This document shows, piece by piece, positions 62,898-64,000 of a stretch of 64,000 nt of DNA. The stretch comes from Paraspadella gotoi. Lineage: Eukaryota; Animalia; Chaetognatha. Both the position numbers and the translations under genes were made by a program. Position 1 is the first letter of the stretch, and every line of letters starts with the position of its first letter. The stretch covers positions 8,257,523 to 8,321,522 of the forward strand of contig CM119264.1 in NCBI GenBank assembly GCA_051294375.1, written 5' to 3'. The notes beneath the pieces are model-generated. The model saw only the letters and a program-made list of their open reading frames with translations, did not search any database and was not told the origin of the DNA.

Positions 62898-63700
62898 ACA
62901 CTAATATTATTAATGAAGGGTTATTCAAAGAATTTTTATAGTTTAATTCTAATCTCGAACTACAGGTCTGTCGNNNNNNNNNNNNNNNNNNNNNNNNNNN
63001 NNNNNNNNNNNNNNNNNNNNNNNNNNNNNNNNNNNNNNNNNNNNNNNNNNNNNNNNNNNNNNNNNNNNNNNNNNNNNNNNNNNNNNNNNNNNNNNNNNNN
63101 NNNNNNNNNNNNNNNNNNNNNNNNNNNNNNNNNNNNNNNNNNNNNNNNNNNNNNNNNNNNNNNNNNNNNNAAAGTATAATAAGCTTCTTGATAATTTCCA
63201 TTTGTAAAATTTAAGTTTTGAATGCCGATTCCAAATCGAAATGGTTAAATTCAAACAGAGATCTGGCGATGTCTCCGAGAAACTGACTTTGTTTTACTTG
63301 CGCGATTATTACCGTCTCTGGACGATAGTTTTGATAAAATAAATTTTCTATATAGGCGCTCTTTTGACCGCTGGGTATTACGTGGGGTCGAACCATAGAA
63401 AACCGGGTAGGCATCATTATTCCTCCCTTTTCGGTTATTTTTTCTCAATGTTGAGCTTTAAAGATGGTAACATAATAATTTTTAATTGAGGCAATGCAAA
63501 GACTTACTGCTGCATGCAAAATATTATTAATTAAATTTTTTTTAAATTTGGAATTATGAAAAAAAATACCTGTTCCTTCAAATGGTGTCAGCTAATTCAT
63601 TAATAAGATGACAATATAATTTCAATTCGTGAGAATTTTTGATTTGCTCTGACTTCTAAGGTTAGGATATGAATTCCTACTAAATTTAGTTGATCCCGTC
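62898..63700 (-). CDS. Second copy of the major-capsid-like gene, convergent with PolB
   Basis: Near-identical to about 49175-49960 (MMPTRFSMVRPH, FNHFDLES, LIILV), interrupted by N-gaps and indels. Confidence 0.55.
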
Positions 63701-64000
63701 CGAGTTCGCATCCCTCGCACGCGTAGTGCACATAGGGTGCTGTTGATATGATATAGTCATATAGCTACTGATTTGAGGTCCCCAAATGAAGTATCCGTGT
63801 ATTCTGGGTTGTTGTTACGTTGCTGTTGCATGTCTCGCCCCGGGGAATTTGTGTTTACTAGATTTTTTTAATTGCTTATAGATAAAGAGTAAAATAATTA
63901 CAATCAAAACGCTTAAGGCGTTTTGAATTGTTGCTATTATCATTTTTCAATGTTATTCCGACGAGCGTCAGGTAGGCGGGTGTTCCCGGTGGACTGGAAA

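Larger units (their letters stand above)
42423..64000. mobile_element. Polinton/Maverick-like endogenous virus region, multiple rearranged partial copies
   Basis: Contains pPolB (59518-62887) plus PolB fragments at 42423-42541 (-), about 45690-46650 (+) and about 52300-53010 (-), two MCP-like copies, a PC4-like ORF and repeated small genes. No integrase, ATPase or protease recognised in the window. Confidence 0.75.

Overview
AT-rich animal (invertebrate-like) genomic DNA with short spliceosomal introns, many microsatellites, N-gaps and indel-rich stretches that look like uncorrected long-read fill. Host genes: a compact DEG/ENaC channel (+, 6443-9426), IQCA1/DRC11 (-, 12548-20451) and a head-to-head ASB5/11-like ankyrin-SOCS box gene (+, 20759-25604). 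About 19.2-30.8 kb is repeated, error-rich, at about 30.9-41.9 kb (probably an uncollapsed haplotype). From about 42.4 kb to the end lie scrambled, largely inverted copies of a Polinton/Maverick-like element with protein-primed PolB, a major-capsid-like gene, a PC4-like gene and small tandem genes; its PolB is split by spliceosomal introns. The most striking small feature is a 685-bp miniature LTR element (7156-7840, -; LTR-PBS-PPT-LTR, GTAT target duplication) in which each LTR carries a twister-ribozyme-like fold, i.e. a candidate 'twister retrozyme'. Also present: a Penelope-type minimal hammerhead, a tRNA-derived SINE, hAT-type MITEs and a Helentron-like element. All protein and RNA assignments come from motif recognition by eye, not from database searches.
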